A program made the position numbers and the translations under genes. The notes below the pieces were generated by a model. The model saw only the letters and a program-made list of their open reading frames with translations, did not search any database and was not told where the DNA came from. 64,000 nucleotides of DNA, from NCBI GenBank assembly GCA_026026165.1, contig JAPEUD010000095.1, positions 1 to 64,000 on the forward strand, given 5' to 3'. Source of the stretch: Sarea resinae (lineage: Eukaryota). Of the stretch, positions 23,601 through 35,224 are shown in pieces (the first letter of the stretch is position 1; each line of letters begins with the position of its first letter).

Positions 23601-25160
23601 ATATCAGGTCCTGCTTGCTGCATATGCTGTTTGCATCAATACAGATTGGTCGTTTTTGTTGTAGGTTGTGGATTCCTAGTGGATCCGCAGATTTCTTATT
23701 TTCCCAGGATTATAGGGCCTACTCTTCCATATTTCCGGTATTGCGAAGCATGAATGATGCACGCCCATTTTGAAGCTGAGAAATATGTAGTTCGAAGAGC
23801 CAAGCTTGTGGTTACATACCTACAAAGAATTCCCGTCCTGGTCTAAGTTTGCGGGTCCGCCTGTAACAAGGAGCACATAGGTACTCGTTGAGTGGGATGT
23901 CACTGTCCCGGTAGAACCAGTGACCGCCACTATCCGTTCCTTTGCAATGGAAGGGAACAGACCATATCCCCAATGATGTTCCCATAAAGCAACTTTGGGG
24001 CTGTTGGCAGCCCATGATTAAGGGATTCAATGTCGAACTATCTGAGCCAAAAGGAAGCGCTCCCTTAAGGAGCTTTCGGTTCTTCGGATACATATTCGAT
24101 TTCGACATTCGATCGGGTGACTATGCATCTCGATCGTCTGTCCCAAAGCAGCGCATATCTCCGCCGTTAATGCCCTGGACGCTGCTGGCTTGCAATTGCT
24201 TGGATGATTCGTATATTCTGAAGAATAAGGGTCGCAACATACTGGAGCGAGCCGGATGGGTACCTTCGCAAGCACGCGGTGGTCTACCGCAGCCTTGTGG
24301 GCTTCATCTATCGGTAGAAATGCAATTTTTTGTCAGTGCGTGCCATTTCTGATTGGTCTCCACGAGTCTGTTTGACCATGTTCTTTGGACTTCCTACGTA
24401 GATGCCTCGGATGTTTTCATCGGAGCTAGGAGATGGGAAGCAGTCAGTCATCTCTCTTCGTGGTCAAAGAGCTAACTCTGTTGCTAGAGCGATATATAAT
24501 CCTCTCCATGATCTACCTCTGGCGATTCCTTCGTCAAATCCTCAAGGCTAGGCCCTGCGCGATTGAAGTGGCCCTGCATCTTCCGTGTGAATTTGTCGGA
24601 CAATAAGCCAAAAGGGTGTCGCTCCCTTAAGGACTTGGCTTGTAATTCGTCTACATATTGTATTCCGACAGAATAGCTTCTGGAATTTCCTGGTTACCTT
24701 TGTTATGTCTCGTGGACACAACTTTGTTAGATTCAACCATGCATTCCTATCTACCATTACCTTGCTCATATTCGAGTCGTACGGTATCTCGGCCAGGGCC
24801 TTCTTGTATACTTGAAGGATGAGCTCGATCCTTTGCTGGAGCTCGATATCCCAGGCCTCATCAAGCAGATTATCATCGTCGATCTCCTGGAGCTTGATAG
24901 GCGAGTCATCAAACTGCAAAGTGCTGTCAACATCTCCTAGCTGCTCTTCTCCTGGTTCTGTGTCTGTCTCTAACCAGTCCACCTTAACGAGATTAATAGA
25001 CTCGATATCGTCCAGCTCTGAGGCCTTCGAATCTGGGATCTTGTCTGGCAGCTCAAGCCTGCTGAGTACTCGCTGCAATTGACTTGATTCAATTTTGGAA
25101 TCAATGTTAGACGATTTTCTTATCCCTGGGCTAATGGACAAAAAGTAAGCCACATGGTCC
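20700..25160 (-). pseudogene. Fragmented UPF1/DNA2/SEN1-like superfamily 1 helicase with long N-terminal region
   Basis: GPPGTGKTT (22153-22179), TQYRMHPDIATFVSDKFY (~21340), VRTVDSAQGDEKNYVILSTVR, NRANVALSR; multiple stops and frameshifts; motif II/III region not found. Whether upstream minus-strand fragments (22808-25153) belong to the same gene is inferred. Confidence 0.8.
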
Positions 25161-26719
25161 TGTAGAAGGCTTCATCTCTTCTCGGACAAACCATGAGACA
25201 GCACAAAAGGAAGATCGTATAAGCACAAGGTCCTAAGAGGAGCAGAGGGTAAGAGCGGAGAAAATACAAGAAGGAGAAGGAACATGAGCAGCGGGCTGCG
25301 GAAGAGAGAGTCATCTCAGAACAGAACAGAACAGAACAGCAACGGAGATTTTCTTCATAAGTTATTGTACCCAAGAACAAACAGCACGGGCTAAGAGCTA
25401 GGTCGAATGAAGAGCAATGCAAGAGAGGGTCGCATGTAATCGGCTATACGTGGGGAAAAGATTGCGCTGTGGTATCAAATAAGGGAGTCTTACCTGTCAT
25501 CGAGACTTTCCTCCTAACCCTCACAGACCTCATAGCTGCAAAGGAGCGGCGGGACCCACTTGGAGCTCAGCATACCAGTACTGTTCAAGTCATCGAGGAC
25601 ACGAGCGTGGGCAGGTTCAGAGTTCTGATGCATTTGCCTTACACGCTGGTCATAGCTTGCCGGTTGAAAAATACCAGGAAGTATACCGACCAAGGCCTCC
25701 TGTATGCTCAGGCCCGGATCGATGCGAGACTGACATAGAATGGGTTAGTGAGGCACCATGGCGTTTTCAAGATATGATAGAGAGGCAGGGCAAGTATGAA
25801 GTAGTAGAAGATGATGATCGATGGACAAGTTGCTCACATCACTTATATATTCGCCCGTGGAACAGTTGCAGATAAGAGTCAGAGCAGGAGTGAATGCTCG
25901 AATAGGGTTGTATGTTTGAGCAGAAATGTTTGCTCGTATTGAATTATATTCACCCCGCTCGGGGTGAATTTCCTTTTGACCTTCTACTTTTTCAAGGAGC
26001 CCCCCATTTCATTGCCTCTCCCCAGCGAATAGAATATCCGATTCATTCTGTGAGCACATTTCTAGTCTTGATTACCTAATAGTCAACCGACTATGGCGAT
26101 CATTTGTGACGAGGACTTGCTTAGTTGAAAGCTTTAAAAGGCGTAGTAGGTGGATATTTTTATCACTATCATACTAGAAATTCAGCATTTCTTTTTCCTT
26201 TTTCAGCTTCTTACATTTTTAAAACTTGGTTCGCGTATTTCCTTACGTTATTGGGAAAAGGCGTTAAATGCCCGGGATATACTGCGTACGAAGATCTCCC
26301 CCACCCCACAGGGACAGCGAAGAGAGTCAAGTTGATAAGCAGCAAGAACTTTTGGAATATCAGACGGGAATTTTGCGTGTTCGAGAAATATTGCTAGACA
26401 TGTAGAGTCATCGATATTGGAATGCGCCCCAGATTCAACAGCGAGTGAGAAATGAGGAGATCGTTGAGAGCGTCAACATCTAGATAAAGTTTGCCACGGA
26501 TTTTCTATGTCGTCTCAGGAGGTGAATTCAGTATAGGGAAAGAAGTTCTATAAAGAGAAAGTCATCTAGACTGCTATAAGAAGATATCCGTCTACCTAAG
26601 TCGTGGCCATTGGCTTATCCACCCAGCCAGCCTATTTGACTCAAGGTATCACGATAAACCGCCTGCCGAAGCTTAAGCTAATAAGTCTTTCAGCCGTCTC
26701 CGTGTCTACAAAGGTGAAG

Positions 26720-28321
26720 TTAGAGTGCTACCTTCTTTTCGACCTCATGACCGGGACTCACATAATCGGAAATATCATAACCTTGCATATAGGCGAACGC
26801 AAGAGGGTTGAACCGCCCTTCTGGTGGATCATCTATGTTTTTGCCGTCCCAAGCCTTCCCCGGTATTCCTAATGGGCTGGTACCCAGAAAATCATCGCGC
26901 CGCCGCTGTTCTTCCCCGTCTGGTAAATGCCACATATGAGCATTGTCCCTACCTTTTTGTATCAACCAGTTTGTTCTTGGCTTGCGAATGGCTTCGTATG
27001 CTCCGAAGACCTTCGGGAAGTCTGAGGCGGATTCTGCGTGCTCGAGGCAGATGGCTAGACATGCCGAGTCCTCGATGCATTGGGAGGCGCCCTGGAGGTG
27101 AAGATGAGTAAAGTACCGTATAAGGGGATTCTAGAAAATGGGAACAGACCATGCCAGTGTAAGGCAACATAGCATGCACAGCATCCCCCACAAGGACGAT
27201 TTTGCCGCTTTCGGAAACCCACCTCTTCAATGGGGGTAGGTCTGAAAACCTAAGAGCAAGCATGAGCATCAAGAATATCATAATCATAGCATATGCGAAT
27301 GCTACCTCCAGATGTAAGTATCTTCAGGCTTAGCCAGGTCCAGCATCTTCCTTACGCTCGGCGCGAAATGAGCATACTTTGCCTTCACTCTCTCCAAATC
27401 GCCGTGTAAATACCACTCGCCTTCCTTTCCTTCTTGTTCCTCGCTAACCAAACACAGATTCATCTTGTCGCCATGGTCTGGCATGTTGATCCCGACGACT
27501 ATCTGAGAAGGGCCGAGCCAGAAGTTGGATTCATCTAGGAGATGAGATAGCGAAGGATCGGCAGCCAGCAACGAACGTGGGATGTCGATGTTATAGGCGC
27601 TAAATGGGCTGATACTTTTGATAGGCTCTCCGCCTTCTACAGCGTTTCGAAGAATCGACCGGATGCCTGAAAAATAAGCCAAGGCAGCGTGATTAAGGAC
27701 TGTATTATGTGGTAATCTTACCGTCTGCTCCAATGATCAAATCTCCTTCGATAATAGTTCCATCCTTCAATTCGACGGCTGGCCTGTCTTGATCAACGCC
27801 TACGACCAATCTGCTGAAGAGAATCGTCACTCCTCGCTGTTCCGCAACCTGCGCCAGCGTCTCTTGAAGTCGGTATCGAGCTAGAGTCCAGCCTCTATAT
27901 ACTATCAGCAACAATAAGCTTGCTCATTTCTCTACCATGAAAAGCATCGCTGAAGGCCATAGAGCAAAAAAAAAAGGAAGGAATAAAGGAAAAAAGAAAG
28001 AAATCCATTCGCAACGCACGGATATCCATAAGTCTGCACGGTTTGATCGTTTGTCCTCGATCCGAGAATCTCCCCGGTGTCGTAGCGGCGCTGATGGACT
28101 GTATTACTACCTCGAGCATCCTTCTTCGCCATGATTTCGCCCATGCCATAATCAATGAGCACACGCGTCGCGTTTGCCGATATGCCTACACTTCCGCCCA
28201 GTGCTTGACATCCCGGGTGTCGCTCTAGAACTGTGATTGTGTGGCCTTGACGTCTAAGAGAAATGGCGGCACTGAGCCCGGCGACGCCTGCGCCGATGAT
28301 CAGGATCTTGAAGTGCGGCAT
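26720..28321 (-). CDS. FAD-dependent monooxygenase (salicylate hydroxylase-like, group A)
   Basis: MPHFKILIIGAGVAGL (GxGxxG), DLIIGADG, VLVGDAVHAMLPYTGM|GASQCIED, YEAIRKPR, WHLPDGEEQRRRD; several introns. Confidence 0.92.
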
Positions 28322-29511
28322 ATTGGCTCGCGGGGAGCGCATAGTCTGTGGGAGAGAGCAGAATAGGGGAGAGGCATTGAGCTCGAGAGACAAACATGAT
28401 GATCGGATCTTGAATATATACTCTACGGCAAGGTAGGTCGCTCGGAACGTCAACCCATATGGGCTGTAAACTCCGATGCTGATGCTACATGATGATCGAT
28501 GATTCCAACACTTGTGGAGCTGATAGTCTTGAGGGGGGGGGAGCCGTCAGCGCCAAAAGGCTTCGGTAGAGTAATGTCCATGAGGCGCCCAGTGGAGCTG
28601 AGCAGTTGCAACTACTTTTACCCGTCAGCGCGCAAAGGCGCCTGATAGGTGCCAGGTACGAGCAGAAAATTAGAGGCACAATCAGGTCGGGATTGAGGTT
28701 GCCAGGGTCTGCTTATCAGGTGGGTAAGGTACGAAGTACTTCGTACGTATCGTCATGGTGCGAGATGTCAGCCCCGCAGTATCGAAGGAATAGTCGAACG
28801 CTCGGCGAGAACCTTAAAATCCGATCCCTTGAGGTTCTCTATCTCCAGGGTGGTTGGGGAGGCTGCCCTATGGGTGTACCCTCCGATCCTTGGCATCCCA
28901 CACCAAAATAAACACCTTATCTTCGACCGATCGACTTTCGCACCTGCTCCGATGCATGATCCAGTCCCTAGCCAGAAGTTCGAATACCCTTACCTAAGCC
29001 TAAGGGCGTGGAGGAGTATTCGAACACCTAGGACGTGCTTTACACTACTACAACTCCTAGCAGAAGTTTGACACTACACTAGACCTCTTGAGCGTCAGAA
29101 GCTTGCCGGTCCTCGATGATAAATTGACCTTGGCCGGCTTTTCCTACCTTAGGCAAAGCCTCCTTGCTAAGCGGTTTGGGTTGGAGACAGTCTCAATCGC
29201 ATCGTCCGGAGCCATGACTCCTTAGAAAAATGCTATTTCAAGCGGGCATCCTGCGCAACTACCCGCAACCCTGACATCTCAAATGCGAACGAATGCAGCG
29301 CGTCCCACACGAGGCTGCCACTGTTGGATCGTACCAGGAGCATCTCTTTCATCCACTATCCAGAAGTTTCTGGATATTGAAGACGACACGAAGCTTTGCT
29401 AGTGGCCGGTCTACCCCATAAAAGGTGCTCGACTATGCTATTCACCGACGTGGTAGCACTGCCTGTACACATACCTACGCAATCAAGTTGCAATTCATTA
29501 CCGCAGTGAAT

Positions 29512-29761
29512 CAGTGCTGTCAGTGGTCCAAGACCCGTGGACCATTTGGACCATTGCAGGCTAGGCCTTCCTAATTAGGTTGATTTTATCCCTTGCAGAC
29601 CGGGCTGCATAGGAATGCTGTTAGGAATGTCTAATAAAAAAGTCAATGGTCTAAATGGTCCAAATGGTCCGCTAGAATCCTTAGACCAGACCATTGGACC
29701 AGACCATTTAGACCATTTGGACCATTTGGACCACTGGACCACTGGACCATCGACGGCACTG
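29512..29761. mobile_element. Putative hAT-like MITE (~250 bp)
   Basis: TIRs CAGTGCTGTCAGTGGTCCA and (reverse complement) CAGTGCCGTCGATGGTCCA, 16/19 match; many GGACCA/TGGTCC subterminal repeats; no TSD found. Confidence 0.65.
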
Positions 29762-29849
29762 GACGTGGCGTAACAAAGACAAACAATGGATATGCTCGAC
29801 GCATCAGCATCGTTGCTCTCATCCCGGCGCAAAGTGCTCGGTATGTGGG

Positions 29850-30719
29850 GTGTCGGGCAAGCTCAGATTCAGTGCGACCGCGAATGCGTTATGTTGCTAT
29901 CGACATTCACGCCACTCTATTCAAAACGGAATCACCACAGAGGAGACTTGCATCGTGGAAGGATGCCAAAGATCGAAGGGACTATGGTGGTGTAAAGGAT
30001 TGAACAAAAGAGCATGCGTCGCGCATTATGAGCAATATCAATCATATGGCAAATTCCTTCCACTTCGTCCTGACCACTGCCAGGGTTGTGGACGTGTCGG
30101 CGCGCATCTTGCGAGTTACGACCAAGCTCACGAAAAATGGCTCTGCGTTGGTTGTGGAAACCGAAGCAAGTACAACGAACCTTTCGTATCGCCTGAGTCC
30201 TGCGCAGCTGAGGGGTGCTCTAGGCCTGTCCGTGGCTGGTCAGTCCAATGTGGACAGTATTTGTGTCGTCACCACCAGTACCATATACAAGAGTACAATA
30301 AGATTCTTCCGGACAAGGGAAGCTCCTGCACTCGGTGCAGCAAGCCAACCTCCCAATTGACGTGGTCTACGAAAGGAGAATGCTGGATTTGCTACCTGTG
30401 CAGCAAAGGCGAGAAGCAAAGTCTTGAAAAGCAAGATAAGGTCTTGCCAGGCAAACAAAGCTCGTGCAGTCGCTGCAGTAAGTCAACGTCCCAATTGACG
30501 TGGTCTACGAAGGGCGAATGTTGGATTTGCTATCTGTGTAGCCATAGCGACCTCAGAGAGCTCAATAAGGGAAAGCAAAGCTCTCCTACGTCTTATCTTG
30601 CTTTTCAAAATCTATCTGTTTTTTTGTTGCTCTATATTGCTTGTTATCTGAATCTTTTTTTAAACTACATACTATTGCTGTCTTTCCTCCATTGTTCTAC
30701 AGATTTTGCAAAGTTATGA
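29850..30719 (+). CDS. Cys/His-rich repeat protein (putative multi-zinc-binding), 3' end probably disrupted
   Basis: CIVEGC...CVAHY, CQGC...CVGC, CAAEGC...CRHH, and two copies of SSCxRCSKxTSQLTWSTKGECWICYLCS 138 nt apart; reading turns AT-rich after ~30585; no ATG start identified. Confidence 0.6.
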   Translation: MSGKLRFSATANALCCYRHSRHSIQNGITTEETCIVEGCQRSKGLWWCKGLNKRACVAHYEQYQSYGKFLPLRPDHCQGCGRVGAHLASYDQAHEKWLCVGCGNRSKYNEPFVSPESCAAEGCSRPVRGWSVQCGQYLCRHHQYHIQEYNKILPDKGSSCTRCSKPTSQLTWSTKGECWICYLCSKGEKQSLEKQDKVLPGKQSSCSRCSKSTSQLTWSTKGECWICYLCSHSDLRELNKGKQSSPTSYLAFQNLSVFLLLYIACYLNLFLNYILLLSFLHCSTDFAKL

Positions 30720-30749
30720 CTTAAGCTCTGACAGTATTTCTGCTTTGCG

Positions 30750-30878
30750 TAGCTTTAGCAACTAAGTAAATCCTATAGAAGCTTATAGAATCTTCCACAA
30801 AAATCTACAATGTTCTGTAACAGTCTGTAAAAGTCTAGATATATAGAGTGACATGAATAAAGGTTACGTCCTAAAACA
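30750..30878 (-). repeat. Diverged remnant of the Copia LTR 5' end
   Basis: AGTCTAGATATATAGAGTGACATGAATAAAGGTTACGTCCTAAAACA aligns with the reverse complement of the LTR start at 15781. Confidence 0.65.
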
Positions 30879-31026
30879 AAAGAGCAGTTAAAATACTCCG
30901 GAGTACACGGAGGGGGAACTTTAGATATGCACAGCTTGAGAAGCTCGCTCATTATCTCGGCTTCCAGTCCTGTAGCTTGGGAAAATCTAGCTTTATTCTT
31001 GGTTGATTCCGTACAATATACATCTT

Positions 31027-33320
31027 CTACACTTCTTGACCACCTTTCCTGTCCCTTATTCCCGACTCAAAGATCTCTGCACCTTTGATGTCCTGCCCCG
31101 TTCCTCTTTCGACATCATACCCGCTATCGCCCGCATCGTAAGCTATGCTCCCATCTGTAATATCATCTCCGACTTCCATCCAGTGGTCGCTCGTCGCCTC
31201 GACCGGGAAAAAGTGACATAGAATATAATAACATCCCGCGGATACCAAAAATCCGCCGAAAAAGTTCACGTTGAAGACGTATTCTAGGGAAAATCTGTTA
31301 GCGAACTTCGAGTTAGGCTCCGAGATTGTTTAGACCTACCAGCTCCTATCGGTACACTTCCGCCACAAGCTCGAACGAAGCCAGGCATATTCAGTGCGAG
31401 TCCCGCAAAATAGCTTGCGTAAGCTCTCCAGTTGATTCCATGCCAGTACCAGTACGGTCCCGTCTCCTGAGCACTGTATAGGTTTCTGACCTGGTAGAAA
31501 CCCTTCCTTACCAAGTAATAGTCGCATATCATCACTCCTGCAATAGAGGACAAGAAGACAGAGTAAGCGGAGAGGTAGGTCGAAAAGTTCGAGCCGCTGC
31601 TAACGAGCTTCCAAGGATTTATCGCCAAGCTGATTAACGCGCAAATATAACCTCCCCTACGAATCGTGATAAATCTCGGAAGCAGCGCCGTCATATCCGT
31701 GCCTGTGCTTCTTGATTAGCTATGTCAAGATGAAATATAGAAGAACGGTTGAGCGTGCAAGAGGCTCTATAGGGTCTAGTCAATGATCCCCATTCATGGG
31801 TATACTTAGTCGGAAGCCTGAGTCGAGGTATTTCGTAAGGCCGCAAACAGTAGATAAAAGAGGGGTTTCAGGGCAAAAAGAGAGGATCGCCATGGCGCAA
31901 GAACACAGCAATGCACTTACCCGCAGAGATGGAGTTAGCCGCAATATTCGTTCCGAGCTGTGCAAGAGCGAATGCAAATGCAATAAAGAAGATTCCCACT
32001 CTCGCAGCAGTACTTGCGTTTTCGAGGAAACGTTTGAGCAGGTCCAACGGGTTCCAGATGGCCTCTCCGTAGATGGCCGTTGAAGAAGATGACACGAAGA
32101 TTCCAACAAAAGAGGTGATTGCAAAAGAAACCGGAATTGCAGTCATTTGACTCCAAAGAGCATCCTTAGGCTTCCGAGCCACCCTTGAGAAATCTGGGGC
32201 ATTGCATATCAAACTGAAAGTCGTGTCAGGAGTCGCAGTTTGGAAAACAGGGGATTGAGCTCACGTACGTAGCAAAATTTGCTATACAGGACATGATTCC
32301 CTTAACGACTTGCCACGCCAATTGGCTTCCATGTAATGTGGTTGGCGCATGGATAATAGGACCAGCCCCGTGAGCCCGCACCAGCGCCCAAACAAAAAAC
32401 AAAATTCCAGCAACCGGCACAGCTGAGAACGAAATCAATCAGTATAAAGGGAGAGGTAGTTTGAACGTTTGACATACTGTAGGCTTTGACTGTAAATAAG
32501 TGCCTTATCTTGTGAACTGGGAACCAGATTGCCGGTAAGCTAAGGAGCCAGAAGATGAAGAAAGAGACAAAATAGGAGGTGGTGACGCCCGAAGAGCTCG
32601 GGATGCCGTTCGGGACATTCTCCCAGCCATGCCATATGGCAGCTATCATTATCCACACGCATTCTCCCTAGTAAAGATTAGCAAAAGCGGTGACATTGAC
32701 CCGGGGCTTTCTAACCCCAATGTATGCCTGTACGCCATACCAGACCACCTTTTGTCGTAGAGAGGGAGATCAGTAAGAGCTCATGAAAGAAAGAGAAACT
32801 TTGGAACGACCTACAGCCATCACAACTCGATTCAGCACCGGCCATAAGCCTCCCCACACGCCAAAGGATGCTCGAACTACAACAGGAAAGGATATATGGT
32901 AGGTTGCACCTATCCTGGCTGTCGCAGCTACAAAACAACCCGCCAGGCTATAGCCAACGATTACCGCTATCCAGCTTTGCCACCAAGCCAGTCCGTTTAT
33001 AACCATGGTTGACGATATCATCCAAGTGTTCTGCGTACCTGAGTCAGTGCCGATCCGCTGGTGTGTTCTGGAGGGCTTACGATGTTGAAGGCATCTGCAA
33101 TCCAAAAGCCCACGTAATTCCATGGACCCCATTGGCGACGGGCTGGTTCAACTGGAGGCGGTGGCGTCAGCTCTAAGTTCTGTATAACGAATCTGGAGAC
33201 CATACCGGGCTTCAGATCTTCGTTCGCCAGCATTAATTGAGCAGTTGTCAGGCCAGGCTCGTGGTCGACGGTCAACTTGTCTAGCCATTGAGAAATGTTG
33301 GTCTCTCTGAGCCTCTCCAT
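31027..33320 (-). CDS. NCS1 family nucleobase permease (Fur-type uracil/allantoin transporter)
   Basis: [91 protein letters not shown]; many introns. Confidence 0.95.
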
Positions 33321-35224
33321 GATGCTTGCAGTTATCCTCAGCCTGGAGCAATGGCGTTGAAGATTTGTATGGACGAGAATGAAGATCCGGAGAGCATGCT
33401 TCGCGTCTGCAGCAGAGGGTTTATATATGTAAGGCGGTAGTCGTCCATGGGGGCGGTCATGCCAATTATGATGGCAGCGGCTGTCGAGTTCGTTGGTAGG
33501 GTACGGTAGGTAGGGTGGTATCGTGAGGAGAGTCGGATCAGGACCGGTGGCTTCGAAATCGCGCCAGATAGAGCTTAGCGAGGCCGCCCGGGACCCCTGG
33601 GCCCTCGGGCTTGTGCCTGCCCCACGCTCCTTCGGCGGGCACTAACGAGCATAAACGAGCCAAGCGTTATCTTGCCAATTCTCGTCTCTGTTTTCGCCCA
33701 TGCGAGCGCGAATTGCGAGGATCCCATCCCATTGCCGCCCGCCATTGGAGATTTCCCAATTTTGCCTCTTCCTTTTTCCCCAGGATCTTGGCTGACGGTG
33801 GTGTACTGGTGGCCCACAGCACTGGAGTGCAAGCTCTAACCACACTGTGCGCAAGGCCAGGTGGTGCAACACTGACTACCTCACGGTGCGAACTCATTCT
33901 ACATAGTAGGGACTCCGTCTTACACGGTCGCGTGGGATTCCCGGGTACGGTAAGATGAATGCAATACAGCACTCGCGGATGCAACGAATGATCTCATCCT
34001 CGGAGAAAGGAGCGAGGACTTTGCCGTACTGCGTGCGGCCATGACATGGGCGTATCGAGTCATCGAAATCTTTGTCCACTCGCCTGGTGTCTACTATCGC
34101 AGTGTGATCTTGTTTGGCGAGGCGTTAGCGGACGTGGACCCCTTCGGAACCCCATAATTTTCCAATTTTCTTCAAGGGGCCCCCTGGCCTCGCCTTATCG
34201 AATCTGGCCCTTATCAGCGCGCCGAGAGCGTTACTCGATCTCATCGAGTCACACAGGAAGCCATCTGATAGGGCGACGGTTTGGCTCCCTACTACGTACT
34301 CCGGAGTAGTATCACCAACCCACTGTCCTGGACCAGCCCGATGCCGGATCACACGCCAGGACCCTCCTGCAGCCGTTCATTGCTACGAGTACGAAGTACG
34401 TACAATCATGTGGGAGAGTGCGCCCCACCACCAGACGTGAACCCCATTCTCGTTCCGCTCTTTGTTCTTCCGACCTTCCATGGACGTGAAGCCTGCAGAT
34501 CGATCTTTTGGCGCAAGCGTCGAATCGCCACGCTGTATCGTACTTTCAGCCTTAGCAGGTCGACCCAGGTCTGGTGCATGGGCCCTAGGTTGGTCTCGAT
34601 CGTCGACCGGAGTTTCTAGGATCGCGAAGATGAAGGGATCCTGCATCTCTTCGCAGTACTTTTGTGTCTTGCCGTGCGCTTCTCTCTGGAACCTCGTCGA
34701 ATGACACGATGTGCGATGTCGGCCCCGCGCGGGCTGTCAGCGCCGTCAAACATCTCGCTATTCTGCTGCATTGACTTCCTACCGTCCGCTATAGAGATCC
34801 ATGTCAAGCAGAACCAATTCAAAAAGACACTTCATCTTTTGCTTCCACGACCTTGTTGCCAAGAGCTGGAAAAATCATACCTCTATACCTCCTTCAACAA
34901 GGATCTTCACCTGCTTGCAGTAGGTCAGATGTTCACAGTGTATTGCTTTGCAGCTCAATTTCCACATGATAGACGACTAAGAAATATCCTTTACAAAGTC
35001 GATGCTTTGCGAGAATTACTTGTCGCACTGTACGAAGTAGATAGATTTATGTTGATATATCGTTCAGTCGAGTGCTGAATACATTCCGGAGAGTACGGAT
35101 GCTTCGTACTTCGCGACACCAAAGATCTGTGCATTCCGTACCGGAGATGCCCCTCAACATATGACATCACGTCTCTCGACAACAACCACCAGGTCAACTC
35201 AACAACAGGTGAATCCCACCAGCC

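Noticed and set aside
25469..26400. Short plus-strand ORFs between the helicase relic and the monooxygenase
   Set aside because: No family recognised and no consistent gene structure; cannot be supported.
18200..31000. Starship element call
   Set aside because: No tyrosine-recombinase captain or boundary repeats recognised in the window.
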